64,000 nucleotides of DNA from an uncultured bacterium (GCA_963727255.1 CAVSFC010000002.1:32001-96000), one strand, 5' to 3'. Numbered from the stretch's first letter, positions 30,272-40,116 are shown. A program made the numbers and translations. The notes: generated by a model from the letters alone, not told the origin.

Positions 30272-30300
30272 TTGTTAATCTATCCAAAAATTGCTATGAT
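30272..30300 (+). promoter_or_regulatory. Candidate sigma70 promoter for gmd
   Basis: TTGTTA-17 nt-TATGAT with an extended TG. Confidence 0.35.
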
Positions 30301-30330
30301 AAAAAATGTTTCAAAAAAAGGAATATCACT

Positions 30331-31425
30331 ATGATTTTATCCTGCAAAACATTTCTCTTGGTTGCACTGTTGGTTACCCAAAGCGCACTATTATCTGGTA
30401 ACGAAAAAACTGCACTTATTTTCGGCATAACAGGGCAAGATGGCGCATATCTTGCAGAGTTTCTTCTGAATAAAGGTTACACCGTTCATGGGGTGAAAAG
30501 AAGATCGTCTTCATTTAATACTCAACGTGTTGATCACTTATATCATGATCAACACGAAGGTGGTCCCAATCTTTTTCTCCATTATGGCGATCTATCTGAT
30601 AGTGCGTGCATCGCAAAACTGATCAACGAAATTCTACCAGACGAAGTGTATAATTTGGCTGCCCAAAGCCATGTACGAGTTTCCTTCGATATTCCCGAAT
30701 ACACTGCCGACATTGACGCTCTAGGTGCTTTGCGTATTTTAGAGGCAATCAAAAATGCTCCCAAAAAAATAAAATATTATCAGGCATCCAGTAGTGAAAT
30801 GTTCGGAAAAGTTCAAGAAATTCCGCAATCAGAAACAACTCCATTTTATCCCCGTTCGCCGTATGGCTGTGCTAAAGTATTCGCTTACTGGATCACCATT
30901 AATTTTCGTGAAGCTTATGACATTTTTGCCGTTAATGGGATTCTCTTTAATCATGAATCGCCCATTCGTGGTGAAACGTTTGTAACTCGTAAAGTTAGTC
31001 GTTCAATTGCGCGAATCCACAATGGTCAACAAGAAATCCTTTATCTTGGAAATCTTGATGCAAAAAGAGATTGGGGTTATGCAAAAGATTATGTTGAGGC
31101 AATGTGGCTAATGTTACAACAAGATCAACCCGATGATTATGTTATTGCGACTGGTGAGACACATTCAGTTAGGGAGTTTGTAGAGCTCGCATTTAAAGAA
31201 ATAGGAGTCGAAATTGAATGGCATGGCAGCGGCACGAATGAACAAGGAAAAGATAAAAAAACCGGCAAAACCCTGATAGCGATAGATCCAGTATACTTTA
31301 GACCAACTGAGGTAGATGTATTGATTGGTGATGCCACTAAGGCCGCAAAAAAATTAAATTGGAGGCCAAAAACAGATTTTAAAGAACTTGTAAAATTAAT
31401 GGTCGCTGCCGATCTACAACTTTGA
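30331..31425 (+). CDS. gmd: GDP-mannose 4,6-dehydratase with N-terminal signal peptide
   Basis: [36 protein letters not shown] and [10 protein letters not shown]. Confidence 0.95.
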   Translation: MILSCKTFLLVALLVTQSALLSGNEKTALIFGITGQDGAYLAEFLLNKGYTVHGVKRRSSSFNTQRVDHLYHDQHEGGPNLFLHYGDLSDSACIAKLINEILPDEVYNLAAQSHVRVSFDIPEYTADIDALGALRILEAIKNAPKKIKYYQASSSEMFGKVQEIPQSETTPFYPRSPYGCAKVFAYWITINFREAYDIFAVNGILFNHESPIRGETFVTRKVSRSIARIHNGQQEILYLGNLDAKRDWGYAKDYVEAMWLMLQQDQPDDYVIATGETHSVREFVELAFKEIGVEIEWHGSGTNEQGKDKKTGKTLIAIDPVYFRPTEVDVLIGDATKAAKKLNWRPKTDFKELVKLMVAADLQL

Positions 31426-31476
31426 ATTCTTTGTGGCAGTAAAGAATGAATACTAATAAAAAAACTATTTTGAAGA

Positions 31477-31596
31477 CCGTTCGCAGTGAGTAACACGAAG
31501 TACTTATTGAGCCTTATTGAACCCAAATGCCTATTATTTGAAAAACTCAAATAATCATTTATGGTTTCGATTCACTCCTTTGCTCACTAGGAACGG
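31477..31596. repeat. REP-like inverted-repeat element
   Basis: Arms CCGTTCGCAGTGAG ... CTCACTAGGAACGG. Confidence 0.5.
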
Positions 31597-31617
31597 GCAA
31601 AGATAAGGGCTAAAGAA

Positions 31618-32461
31618 ATGAAAGCAAAAATAACACTATTATTGGCATTAATATTCGGTCTTAATATTGACTGCTCTGACCGCTGCATAACGGTCGCAAT
31701 TCTTGTTAAAGATAAAGCACACACATTGCCACTCTATCTTTCGTGCCTTGAACAACAGACATGGCCAAAATCAAAAACTTATTTATATATTCGCACCAAT
31801 AATAATCGGGATAATTCAGCAGAAATCTTACGCTCTTGGGTGAATAAGGTAAAAGATAAATATCTAGATATATTTTTTGATGATTCTGATGTGCAAGAAG
31901 AGATCACGCAATATAAACAACATGAATGGAACTGTACCCGTTTTAAAGTGCTCGGAAGAATACGGCAGGAATCTATAAATTGGGCACTTGCACATGATTC
32001 TCATTATTTTATCGCCGATTGTGATAATTTTATTTACCCGTTTACCATAGAAAACGTAGCGAGCGTCAATTTGCCTATTGTTGCTCCTTTGCTTAATAGT
32101 AATTGTGCCTACTCAAATTTTCATGCTGCCATTGATCCGAATGGCTATATGGCCGATTCTCCTATTTACTTACCACTGGTAAATCGCGAAATTAAAGGAT
32201 TGGTACAAGTTCCGGTGGTTCATTGCACCTACTTTATTCATTATGATGTATCTACTTGAAATGTCTTATGATGATCAAAGCTATCGGTATGAGTATGTAA
32301 TCTTTAGTGATAATGCACGCAAAAAAGGAATTCCTCAATATCTTGATACGCGCGAAGTCTATGGCTATGTCACTTTCGCTGAAAACACAACTGATTTAGT
32401 TGCAGAACCATGGTTTTTAGGCTTTTGCATGGAAATGCAGCGATTGCGATTTAAGAGATAA
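31618..32461 (+). CDS. Protein resembling the N-terminal GT-A domain of procollagen galactosyltransferase (COLGALT), signal peptide; frameshift near 32250
   Basis: KAHTLPLYLSCL...PK..YIRTNNNRDNS.EILRSW, DCDNF, PIVAPLL, YSNF and VPVVHCTYFI; continues in 32243..32461. Confidence 0.65.
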
Positions 32462-33131
32462 GATCTTTCCGCACAAAAATGTCATCAACATGAACTCTGC
32501 CAAATAACATAAAGCCATTGGCATACAAAATTTCTCGAAGTGATTCATCATTATAATCATTTTCAACGGTAATTACATCAATAGTAACTTTTGAAAAATC
32601 AATGGTTTTAAGCACCTCAAGCTCATGCCCTTCAACATCAAGAGACAAAAAATCAACATGCGTGATGCCGTAATCCGAAAGGATGCTATCAAGCCGCACT
32701 GCGGGAACCTGAATAACCTTGAGTTCGCCGCCAAAAGCAGCAATATCATTTAATACCGCAGTAAGTTTGTTTTGATTAAAGGTACCGCAAAGGCCACTTA
32801 GCATTTCATCACATCCATCAACATGAAGGAATGGCAAATCCCCATTAATTCCAGAAACGCAGGCATTAATGCAAATGCAATCCCTGCATGCGTTTAGTTG
32901 CTCAAATAAATGAGGAATTGGCTCAAAACAAATGCCCTTCCATCCAAGATCTTTTTCAAAAAACCATGTGTTGCTAAAACTTTGGCCATCATGAGCACCA
33001 ATGTCTAGGAAAAACCCTCCTTTACGATTATGAAACAACTGCTCATTTACAAATCGATCCTGGCCCGCCTGGCTTTTATAAGATGCTGAGATTGAAGATG
33101 TTATGAAAAGGCATGCCATCAAATATTTCAT
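32451..33131 (-). CDS. FkbM-family methyltransferase, signal peptide
   Basis: SQAGQD, LDIGAHDG and SLDVEGHE; paralog of 28058..28762. Confidence 0.88.
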   Translation of the reverse strand: MKYLMACLFITSSISASYKSQAGQDRFVNEQLFHNRKGGFFLDIGAHDGQSFSNTWFFEKDLGWKGICFEPIPHLFEQLNACRDCICINACVSGINGDLPFLHVDGCDEMLSGLCGTFNQNKLTAVLNDIAAFGGELKVIQVPAVRLDSILSDYGITHVDFLSLDVEGHELEVLKTIDFSKVTIDVITVENDYNDESLREILYANGFMLFGRVHVDDIFVRKDLIS

Positions 33132-33143
33132 GTAAATCCTATC

Positions 33144-34397
33144 CTAAGCTGCCGCCGGTGACACCTTTGTTTCATTAATTCTTTTATTCAAATAAAATGA
33201 AAGATTATTAAACAGATGCGGATAATTTTCATGAACACGCAATGCTTCACGCACCGCATCTTCACCAACTTCAAATTCTCCAACATACCATGCACATTGG
33301 CCTAGAATATCCCAACGAGTAAATTCATAAGCCTCTTTTTCTACAAAAAGAGTATCATTCTTCGGATATGCAATATCACATGCACGTTTTGCAAAGAGGT
33401 ATGCGCATGCATGATTGCCTTCACTCAAATAATGTGCTGCGAGCCTAATGAGGGCTTCTGCGCGGGATGGACGCATCGTATATGCTTTTAGATAATTATC
33501 AAGCGCTTCAGCCCATTTGTTTGAACCATCTTCATTCTTCATGCGCTCGATAACTTGCGCCAAACGATAACGGGCCATCATATCTTCTTCATCCCAGCCG
33601 CGTAAACGAGTGCGGATATCATAATATTTAAATGCCTCATCTAATTGGCCTAAACAATCGCAGGTTTGCGCAAGATAAAATGAACTTCGAGAATCGGAAG
33701 TATTAGATTCAAATGCTTTTAGTAATAGCTCTTTATCTCGCTTCCAACGTTTTTGGGTTTTTTCAACTCCGTATCTGCCGGGGCGCAATTCAAAGGAGAC
33801 GGTATCTGGAGTTTTAAAACGAGTTCCAATCATAATTGTTTCATGTACCACTCCGCCAAAGCGCAATCCAGAACGGCATCGAATCAATCGCTGAGTTCCA
33901 AAATCAAGATCGGTTGAGACAATACGAACAAGATAGGATCCCGCGCTCGGATTATTAAGTTCAGCTTCACAAAATGCCAGTAATTCAGGAACCCCATGCA
34001 AATACCATTCCGCATCAGGCATGAGCATAAATGCAGCATTCGGGAAATTTCTTTCTACAATATCAAGCGCTTTATTACGCGATGTTGCAAAATCAACGAA
34101 CGGCTCTTGAATAATGTAGTAATTGGAGATGCGATAATCAGTAAAGAGCTCTTTTGCTTTTTGCATGGTTGAGCTCCATGGATCAAGGCCGGTATCATAA
34201 ACCACATAGGCTATTTTTTTACCCTCAGGATCAGCCTTACAATACATTTCAAGTGTCGGCCTGATTACTTCAGTTTCATCTTTAACCATGATCACCACTA
34301 CTAAAAGCGGATCATATTTTTGATCAACCGTTGCAAAATTGGTATTTTGAAATGAAATTACGAGTAAAAAACTTAAGAGTACACGAAGAGACTTCAT
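33144..34397 (-). CDS. GT2 glycosyltransferase with C-terminal TPR region, signal peptide
   Basis: IMVKDE, VYDTG, FVDFATSRN, PDAEW and GVVHE, followed by TPR-like helices (FYLAQT, PSRAEAL). Confidence 0.8.
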   Translation of the reverse strand: MKSLRVLLSFLLVISFQNTNFATVDQKYDPLLVVVIMVKDETEVIRPTLEMYCKADPEGKKIAYVVYDTGLDPWSSTMQKAKELFTDYRISNYYIIQEPFVDFATSRNKALDIVERNFPNAAFMLMPDAEWYLHGVPELLAFCEAELNNPSAGSYLVRIVSTDLDFGTQRLIRCRSGLRFGGVVHETIMIGTRFKTPDTVSFELRPGRYGVEKTQKRWKRDKELLLKAFESNTSDSRSSFYLAQTCDCLGQLDEAFKYYDIRTRLRGWDEEDMMARYRLAQVIERMKNEDGSNKWAEALDNYLKAYTMRPSRAEALIRLAAHYLSEGNHACAYLFAKRACDIAYPKNDTLFVEKEAYEFTRWDILGQCAWYVGEFEVGEDAVREALRVHENYPHLFNNLSFYLNKRINETKVSPAAA

Positions 34398-34562
34398 TCT
34401 ACTTCCTTTTTATTATTCTCTCTCTGTTCTAACTGCTCAATGTGTCTTTTTTCTAACTTGCTGTATTTATAAAACACAAATTTTAAAATGTCTACCGGTA
34501 AATAGAATTTTCGGTATAATGAATTAGAATGCTTTGGACGCAACTCAGCTAACGGAATTTAT

Positions 34563-35507
34563 ATGTTTTTAATTATTTTATTATATGCCCTCTTTGGCAG
34601 TTCTTTTCCCATAAGCAAAACACTTCTGGGATTCTCTGACCCGATTTTTTTAACCGGTATTCGCATGTTTATTGCCGGATCGATTCTGCTGATCTATCAA
34701 TACTGTTTTGCCCATCATCATTTTGTATTTAAATGGAGGCACGCGTTGCTCTATGCACAAGTGATTATTTTTGGCGTATATTTGACGTACATTTTACGCT
34801 TCTGGGGGCTCGCTTATTTAGCATCAGCTAAAACCGCATTTTTATTCAATGTGGCACCTTTTTTTGCAGCGCTTTATTCCTATATCTCGTTCAGAGAAAA
34901 GCTAACGCGCCAGCAATGGTTAGGCTTATTGATCGGGTTTATCGGCTTATTTCCAATACTGCTCTCAAGCTCAGGGCCTGAAAAAAGACTGGGGGAATTT
35001 TTCTTTATCTCCTGGCCAGAAATTGCAGTACTTGCAGCCGTTGCCTGCCACAATTATAGTTGGATAATTATGCGCAAATTAGTGCGCGATAAAAGCTATG
35101 CACCATCTATGGTAAATGGGCTTACTATGTTTATCGGTGGCGTTATGGCGCTTATTACCGCCTACTTTACCGAAGGCCCTCAAGAAATGGGTGATCCGGG
35201 TGCCTTTTTGAGCTTGCTCATTTTAGTGATATTGATCAGCAATATTATTTGCCATAATTTGTATGCGCATTTGCTTCGCAAATATTCGGCGACATTCCTG
35301 GCTTTTGCCGGCTTTTTAGGGCCACTCTTTTCAGCATTTTATGGCTGGATATTTCTTGGCGAGATTATCACGTGGCATTTTTATCTTTCTGCCGTGATTG
35401 TTTTTGTGGGACTGTATCTGTTTTACCAGCATGAACTCAAGCTCAGCGGCATTGGCAAGAAAGAAGAAGAAGAAAAAATCCAACCATTGGACCCCGAAAG
35501 TATTTAA
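34563..35507 (+). CDS. EamA/DMT-family transporter
   Basis: About 10 hydrophobic segments; R..IAG, PFF.A and PLF...GW.FLGE motifs. Confidence 0.88.
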   Translation: MFLIILLYALFGSSFPISKTLLGFSDPIFLTGIRMFIAGSILLIYQYCFAHHHFVFKWRHALLYAQVIIFGVYLTYILRFWGLAYLASAKTAFLFNVAPFFAALYSYISFREKLTRQQWLGLLIGFIGLFPILLSSSGPEKRLGEFFFISWPEIAVLAAVACHNYSWIIMRKLVRDKSYAPSMVNGLTMFIGGVMALITAYFTEGPQEMGDPGAFLSLLILVILISNIICHNLYAHLLRKYSATFLAFAGFLGPLFSAFYGWIFLGEIITWHFYLSAVIVFVGLYLFYQHELKLSGIGKKEEEEKIQPLDPESI

Positions 35508-36175
35508 TTATTTTCTATTAAAACGGTTTGCATCATAAACCCTCCAGATCTATATGAAAAGATCTTTATACAAGAAATATTAAATGGAGGCTTTGTTAAA
35601 TCCAATGGTCTATAATCTCCTCGCTGTATGTCTGCATTGTCACTACTCAAGGTATCATAATCAACCCCATTGGTTATGAGGCAATATTTATATTTTTTAA
35701 ATTGTGCACTTATCACAAGAATGTCTTCATTAGTTAAATGTTGTAATACATCTTTGCAAAGCAGCAGCTCTGCAGAAGGAAGATCGCAAAGCAAAGCATC
35801 TGCGCACTCAAAATGAATAGTATCGTATTCATACCGTTCTTTATTTTTTTTAATCACACGTGGTACTGCATCAAGACCAAGATAGTCGATACCATTCCAA
35901 TTAATAAATTTTGAAAATTCCCAATCGCCACAGCCCAGATCTAGAACTGACGTAATTCCATATTCTTTAAGAAATTTTTGAATAAAATCGCGGTATTCAT
36001 TGGTTGTTTCGCAACTGGAGCCTCCGCCTGACCATCCTTCACCCGCATCATTAACTCCCCATATTTTGTTTTCGTAAATTTCGGAGAATACCTGCTTAAC
36101 CGATGCGCCCAAATAATTGATCTCACTAGATGATAAACAAACTAAGAGAAGAAAAAGAAACTTTTTTTCATTCAT
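35504..36175 (-). CDS. Class I SAM-dependent methyltransferase, signal peptide
   Basis: FSEIY...W, SGGGS, VLDLGCGD and KDVLQHL; likely start 36175. Confidence 0.85.
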   Translation of the reverse strand: MNEKKFLFLLLVCLSSSEINYLGASVKQVFSEIYENKIWGVNDAGEGWSGGGSSCETTNEYRDFIQKFLKEYGITSVLDLGCGDWEFSKFINWNGIDYLGLDAVPRVIKKNKERYEYDTIHFECADALLCDLPSAELLLCKDVLQHLTNEDILVISAQFKKYKYCLITNGVDYDTLSSDNADIQRGDYRPLDLTKPPFNISCIKIFSYRSGGFMMQTVLIENN

Positions 36176-36289
36176 TAAAACTCCTTCATCTCCATTCAAT
36201 AAGTTATCTACAAATCATCATTAATGTGTCAAATAACCTATCATGCCTGCTTGAATAAACTAGATACAAAACATAAGAAATTGATCAAA

Positions 36290-37345
36290 TTACTCTTCAT
36301 TTATAGGATTTTCAACTTTAGTAAATTTGGCCTTAAACCAGCGCAATGGATGGAAATGGCCGTGACTGATTTTATTAATCTCATCTTGATAAAAGATTAA
36401 TAGTCCTATGAAAGTAACGCAGGATGCCGCCAAGAAGTTAAGAGAAAGTGGCTCGCCTAATAATAAGCCACCAAAAAGATACACATATAATGGAACTGAA
36501 AACCCTGCCAGTGAAACAAAAGTCGCTGAATGGCATTTGAGATATCCGGCATACATCGTATAACCGATTACATTTCCAACAATAATCGTATGCAAGATCG
36601 AATAGAGTATCATCGTAGTATTAGTCTCGGGAGTTATCGTGGTATGTAAAAAACTTGTTGCATCAGCAAATGTATATGAAGGCATAATAGCTGCAAGAAG
36701 TGGTATTAATCCCAGTACTGCGATTGTGCTCGCAAAAATAAAAGGCATTATAAATACCATCACACCGCTAATGGTCATGAGCAGACCATTAAGTTCAGGC
36801 GCGGTATACCGTTCTTTACGCAGTAATTGTTGCACAAACATCCAACCAAGCCGGCCGATTGCCATGGCAAGCAATGCAGCAATCTCAGGATATGAAAATA
36901 CTGACCAGGCAATTAACGATTGTTCACTTACTGATGAAGAGATGATAAGTATAAAGGTTCCGGCAAATCCTAAAATTATACCGATCACTTTTTTCTTAGT
37001 TAAATGTTCGCTCCAGAAGAAGTATGCATAAAGAGCAGTAACAAACGGATCAAGGCTTGAAAGAAAAGCTGCTTTTGAAGAAAGCATATTTTTAAGCGCA
37101 TAGGCTTTAAAAAGCGCAGGAACTAGCATCGTTAATAATGAAATGCCCAACAGAATGAACATATCATGTTTAAAATAGGCAAACGATAAGCGATGAGATT
37201 TTCTGCGATAAAAAAGCGTTAAAATAATGCCTGCACAAAGCATGCGCAAGCCTACCATGAGCGATGGGGTTAGCACCGAAAGAGCATATTTATTCGCAAC
37301 GGTGGAACTTGCCATAAAGGCAAAGCCTAAAAATACGTCAAACAT
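36290..37345 (-). CDS. EamA/DMT-family transporter
   Basis: Multi-TM paralog of 34563..35507 (SKAAFL, PE.A.L.A, HSATFVSLAGF). Confidence 0.85.
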   Translation of the reverse strand: MFDVFLGFAFMASSTVANKYALSVLTPSLMVGLRMLCAGIILTLFYRRKSHRLSFAYFKHDMFILLGISLLTMLVPALFKAYALKNMLSSKAAFLSSLDPFVTALYAYFFWSEHLTKKKVIGIILGFAGTFILIISSSVSEQSLIAWSVFSYPEIAALLAMAIGRLGWMFVQQLLRKERYTAPELNGLLMTISGVMVFIMPFIFASTIAVLGLIPLLAAIMPSYTFADATSFLHTTITPETNTTMILYSILHTIIVGNVIGYTMYAGYLKCHSATFVSLAGFSVPLYVYLFGGLLLGEPLSLNFLAASCVTFIGLLIFYQDEINKISHGHFHPLRWFKAKFTKVENPINEE

Positions 37346-37400
37346 TATTCTTTTCTTTTGTTAAAGGATTGCCGCCCTACTAACCCGCGTAGGCGTAGTC

Positions 37401-37487
37401 TGGTGCCGAGAGCCGGATTCGAACCGGCACAGTGTTGCCACCGCAGGCACCTGAAGCCTGTGCGTCTACCAATTTCGCCATCTCGGC
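37401..37487 (-). tRNA. tRNA-Leu(CAG)
   Basis: Cloverleaf with anticodon arm CAGGC-TTCAGGT-GCCTG, long variable arm and encoded CCA. Confidence 0.93.
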
Positions 37488-37577
37488 AAACATTTCAAAT
37501 TCCAAATTTAAGAATAAGAATAAAGATGCACAAAGAAAATGCAATGTTTCAGGCCCGTTCGAAGTATATTTTGTTTT

Positions 37578-37935
37578 TTAAAACTCAGCCCCATTCATCC
37601 TGAGCCCGTCGAAGGACTTGCCTGAGAGGAAGTGAATATGGCTATGAAAAACCATCTGCCCAGCATCCGCGCCATTATTGACCAAAAGCTTAAAGGATTT
37701 TGATCCGGGCAAGTCTTGGGCAAGCTGTTTTGCCATGAGCAACATTTGGCCAGCTAAATTTGTATCCGATTCTTGGAAACCGGTAATATCCGCAACATGC
37801 TTTTTAGGCATAATTAAATAGTGAATGGGAGCTTTGGGATTGATATCTTTAATCACTAATAATCTGATCAGTTTCAGCAATAATAGTTGAAGGAATCTGT
37901 TTAGCGATGATTTTGCAAAAGATACAGGACTGCAT
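37578..37935 (-). CDS. HIT family nucleotide-binding protein (frameshift near 37865)
   Basis: MQSCIFCKII... start at 37935; DINPKAPIH, GQMVFH and HSHIH triad. Confidence 0.85.
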
Positions 37936-37953
37936 AAGAAATTTCTACACTTT

Positions 37954-38040
37954 CCGCTCGCCCTTAGCTTGTCGAAGGGTGCAAGTTATTCTTATATGAC
38001 AAAGATCGCTCGAATGGTTCGACGAGCTCACCACGAGCGG
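37954..38040. repeat. REP-like inverted pair
   Basis: CCGCTCGCCCTTAGCTTGTCGAAGGG ... ATGGTTCGACGAGCTCACCACGAGCGG. Confidence 0.7.
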
Positions 38041-38083
38041 TATAGAAACTAATTTCGTTTTAAGAACTTTTTTGCGATCAGCC

Positions 38084-38196
38084 CAGCCTATGCTTATCCG
38101 GGCCTTCCGGCTCGGCAACCCCTCGACTGCGCTCGGGATTAAACGCGTCCTTCCGCTCATCCTGAGGAGCATCGTTAGATGCATCTCGAAGGACGG
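38084..38196. repeat. Cluster of REP-like elements
   Basis: GCCTATGCTTATCCGGGCCTTCCGGCTCGGCAA (also at 40131 and 40297) and CCGCTCATCCTGAGGAGC...TCTCGAAGGA. Confidence 0.65.
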
Positions 38197-38283
38197 CGGG
38201 CAGTCTTCGCATCTTTCTTTTAATCTTATTTGTTCTACCTACTTAAGCGGCGCAGCCAGGCGTAGCCCCTTGCGGGCGAAGAC

Positions 38284-38371
38284 TGGTGCCGGGGGTCGGA
38301 CTCGAACCGACATGATGTCAAACATCGCTGGATTTTGAGTCCAGTGCGTCTACCAATTCCGCCATCCCGGC
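38284..38371 (-). tRNA. tRNA-Leu(CAA)
   Basis: Anticodon arm CTGGA-CTCAAAA-TCCAG, long variable arm, CCA. Confidence 0.93.
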
Positions 38372-38427
38372 AAATATGGTACTAGATTAAAGTAAATCAG
38401 ATCACGCGTCAATGCAAAATGCGTATT

Positions 38428-39618
38428 TTAAACTGCATAACTTAAGCTCATAATTGGCGTATAAAGCGCGAGAATTAATCCGGTGATCATGAGGCCAAGA
38501 ATGATAAGTAAAAATGGCTGGAAAAGTGTGTTAATTCGCGATAGCTTTTGAATTAATCGCTGCTGATAAATAGCAACCATGCGGCCAAGCATCGGCGCCA
38601 ATTGGCTCGATTCTTGGCCAACCTTGAGCAATGAGATCATATCTTGCGGGCATAACTGCTCATAGCCTTTCAGCGCATCTGCAAGAGATTCTCCGGCATT
38701 GATCTCTTGAGTTACATTTTCTATAGATTGTTTTATCACCAAGTTATTAATTGTTTCTTTTGCAATGGTTACCGCTTTTACCAAAGGCATTCCTCCTTGC
38801 AAAAGGAGTGCAGTCGCTTGGAAAAAACCTGCCATAGTTTGGTTTATTATCAAAGAGCGTATGAACGGGATTCGCATTATGAGAGTATCACATGTTCTTT
38901 TGCCCGGTTTGGTTTTAAGATACTGGCGCACCCCATACCCAAGCAATAAAAAACTTGCCGCCAAATAGATCAAATTTCCTCCTCTTAAAAAATTGCTTAC
39001 CCTTAGCATGGCCAAGGTGGCCCCGGGCAAATCTTTTTGCATTGAAGCGAAAATTGAAGCAAATTGAGGCACGATCACGATGAGCATAATGCAGATGATC
39101 GCTAGAAAGAATCCGAATGTAACCAATGGTAACAATAGTGCACTTGTTAAACGGCGCTTAAACTGCGCAACCGCTTCCAAATGATCGGATAATACTTGCA
39201 ACGTATCGGACAAGCTTCCTGATTCCTGCCCCACGCATGCCATTTGAATAATAAGTGGCTGAAATATTTTTGTATGTTTTTGCAGAGCATGAGGCAAAGC
39301 TACTCCGTGCTCAACCTGATCTGCGACATTATGCGCAATCATTGCAAAATTCGGTTGAGCCGTTTGATCCGCTACTAGTCTTAGAGCTTTTGGCAAAAGC
39401 ATCCCTGCCTTCATGAGCATTGCAAGCTGGACCATATAATCAATTTTTGATTGCAGAGAAATTGGCTTTTGCCAGAGCAATTTTTTTACCGAACATGCAA
39501 GTAATGCTATATCTTTTTTTAGCAAAACCGCATCAAGATCTTCTTTGCTTTGAGCAAACAGGGCCCCTTTGCGAATTTTGGCAGATAAATCAATCCCTTT
39601 CCATGCAAAATATGGCAT
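38428..39618 (-). CDS. Type II secretion F / type IV pilus PilC-family platform protein
   Basis: MPYFAWKG, LAMLMKAG, VGQESG.L and duplicated T2SSF halves. Confidence 0.88.
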   Translation of the reverse strand: MPYFAWKGIDLSAKIRKGALFAQSKEDLDAVLLKKDIALLACSVKKLLWQKPISLQSKIDYMVQLAMLMKAGMLLPKALRLVADQTAQPNFAMIAHNVADQVEHGVALPHALQKHTKIFQPLIIQMACVGQESGSLSDTLQVLSDHLEAVAQFKRRLTSALLLPLVTFGFFLAIICIMLIVIVPQFASIFASMQKDLPGATLAMLRVSNFLRGGNLIYLAASFLLLGYGVRQYLKTKPGKRTCDTLIMRIPFIRSLIINQTMAGFFQATALLLQGGMPLVKAVTIAKETINNLVIKQSIENVTQEINAGESLADALKGYEQLCPQDMISLLKVGQESSQLAPMLGRMVAIYQQRLIQKLSRINTLFQPFLLIILGLMITGLILALYTPIMSLSYAV

Positions 39619-39640
39619 ACAAGTTCCTTAATTTTGCTCG

Positions 39641-39720
39641 CACCCTTCGACAGGCTCAGGGTGAGCGGACAAAGAGCATTCATCTCCGCTCGTCCTGAGC
39701 TCGTCGAAGGATTCGAGCGG
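39641..39720. repeat. REP-like inverted pair
   Basis: CCCTTCGACAGGCTCAGGGTGAGCGG ... CCGCTCGTCCTGAGCTCGTCGAAGGA. Confidence 0.75.
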
Positions 39721-39722
39721 TT

Positions 39723-40019
39723 TCAATTTCGTTCAAACAACGAAGTTTGCTCCTCGATCCCCAAAGCTTTTAATATCTGCTCATACCTTAATTCGGCATT
39801 AATTTTAATCCGCTTAATTCTACTGGTGGCTCCCGATATAATCCCCACTTGCGTCTGCGGTAATCGTAAGGCCCTTGCAATTGTTTTTACGAGCTCTTCA
39901 TTGGCAAGCCCTTTTTCAGGAGGGCTTTTGAGGTAGGCTTTAAGAATGCCCGATTTATCAACTAGCCATTTGCTCTTGCCTGAAGAGGGGACAACTTTGA
40001 TTTGAATTATGAGTGACAT
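39723..40019 (-). CDS. DUF167/YggU-family protein
   Basis: IKVVP, SPPEKGLANEEL and ISGATSRIK. The real start is MSLII at 40019; the track extension runs through a tRNA. Confidence 0.85.
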   Translation of the reverse strand: MSLIIQIKVVPSSGKSKWLVDKSGILKAYLKSPPEKGLANEELVKTIARALRLPQTQVGIISGATSRIKRIKINAELRYEQILKALGIEEQTSLFERN

Positions 40020-40116
40020 TATGATCCCTGAGATCCTCTTTTTTTTGGCACAATAAAAATAGCTTGGTTTAGCATAGGCAATGCTTGCATAAAATGGCAA
40101 ATACTTTATCCTTTTT

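Noticed and set aside
11406..36175. Conventional O-antigen or capsule locus
   Set aside because: No wzx/wzy/wzm/wzt/wza, priming transferase or nucleotidyltransferase in the window, mixed gene orientation and universal leaders; such genes could still lie elsewhere in the genome
37401..37487. tRNA read as Sec/suppressor because TTCA appears in the loop
   Set aside because: The 7-nt loop TTCAGGT centres on CAG, and the body is a typical tRNA-Leu
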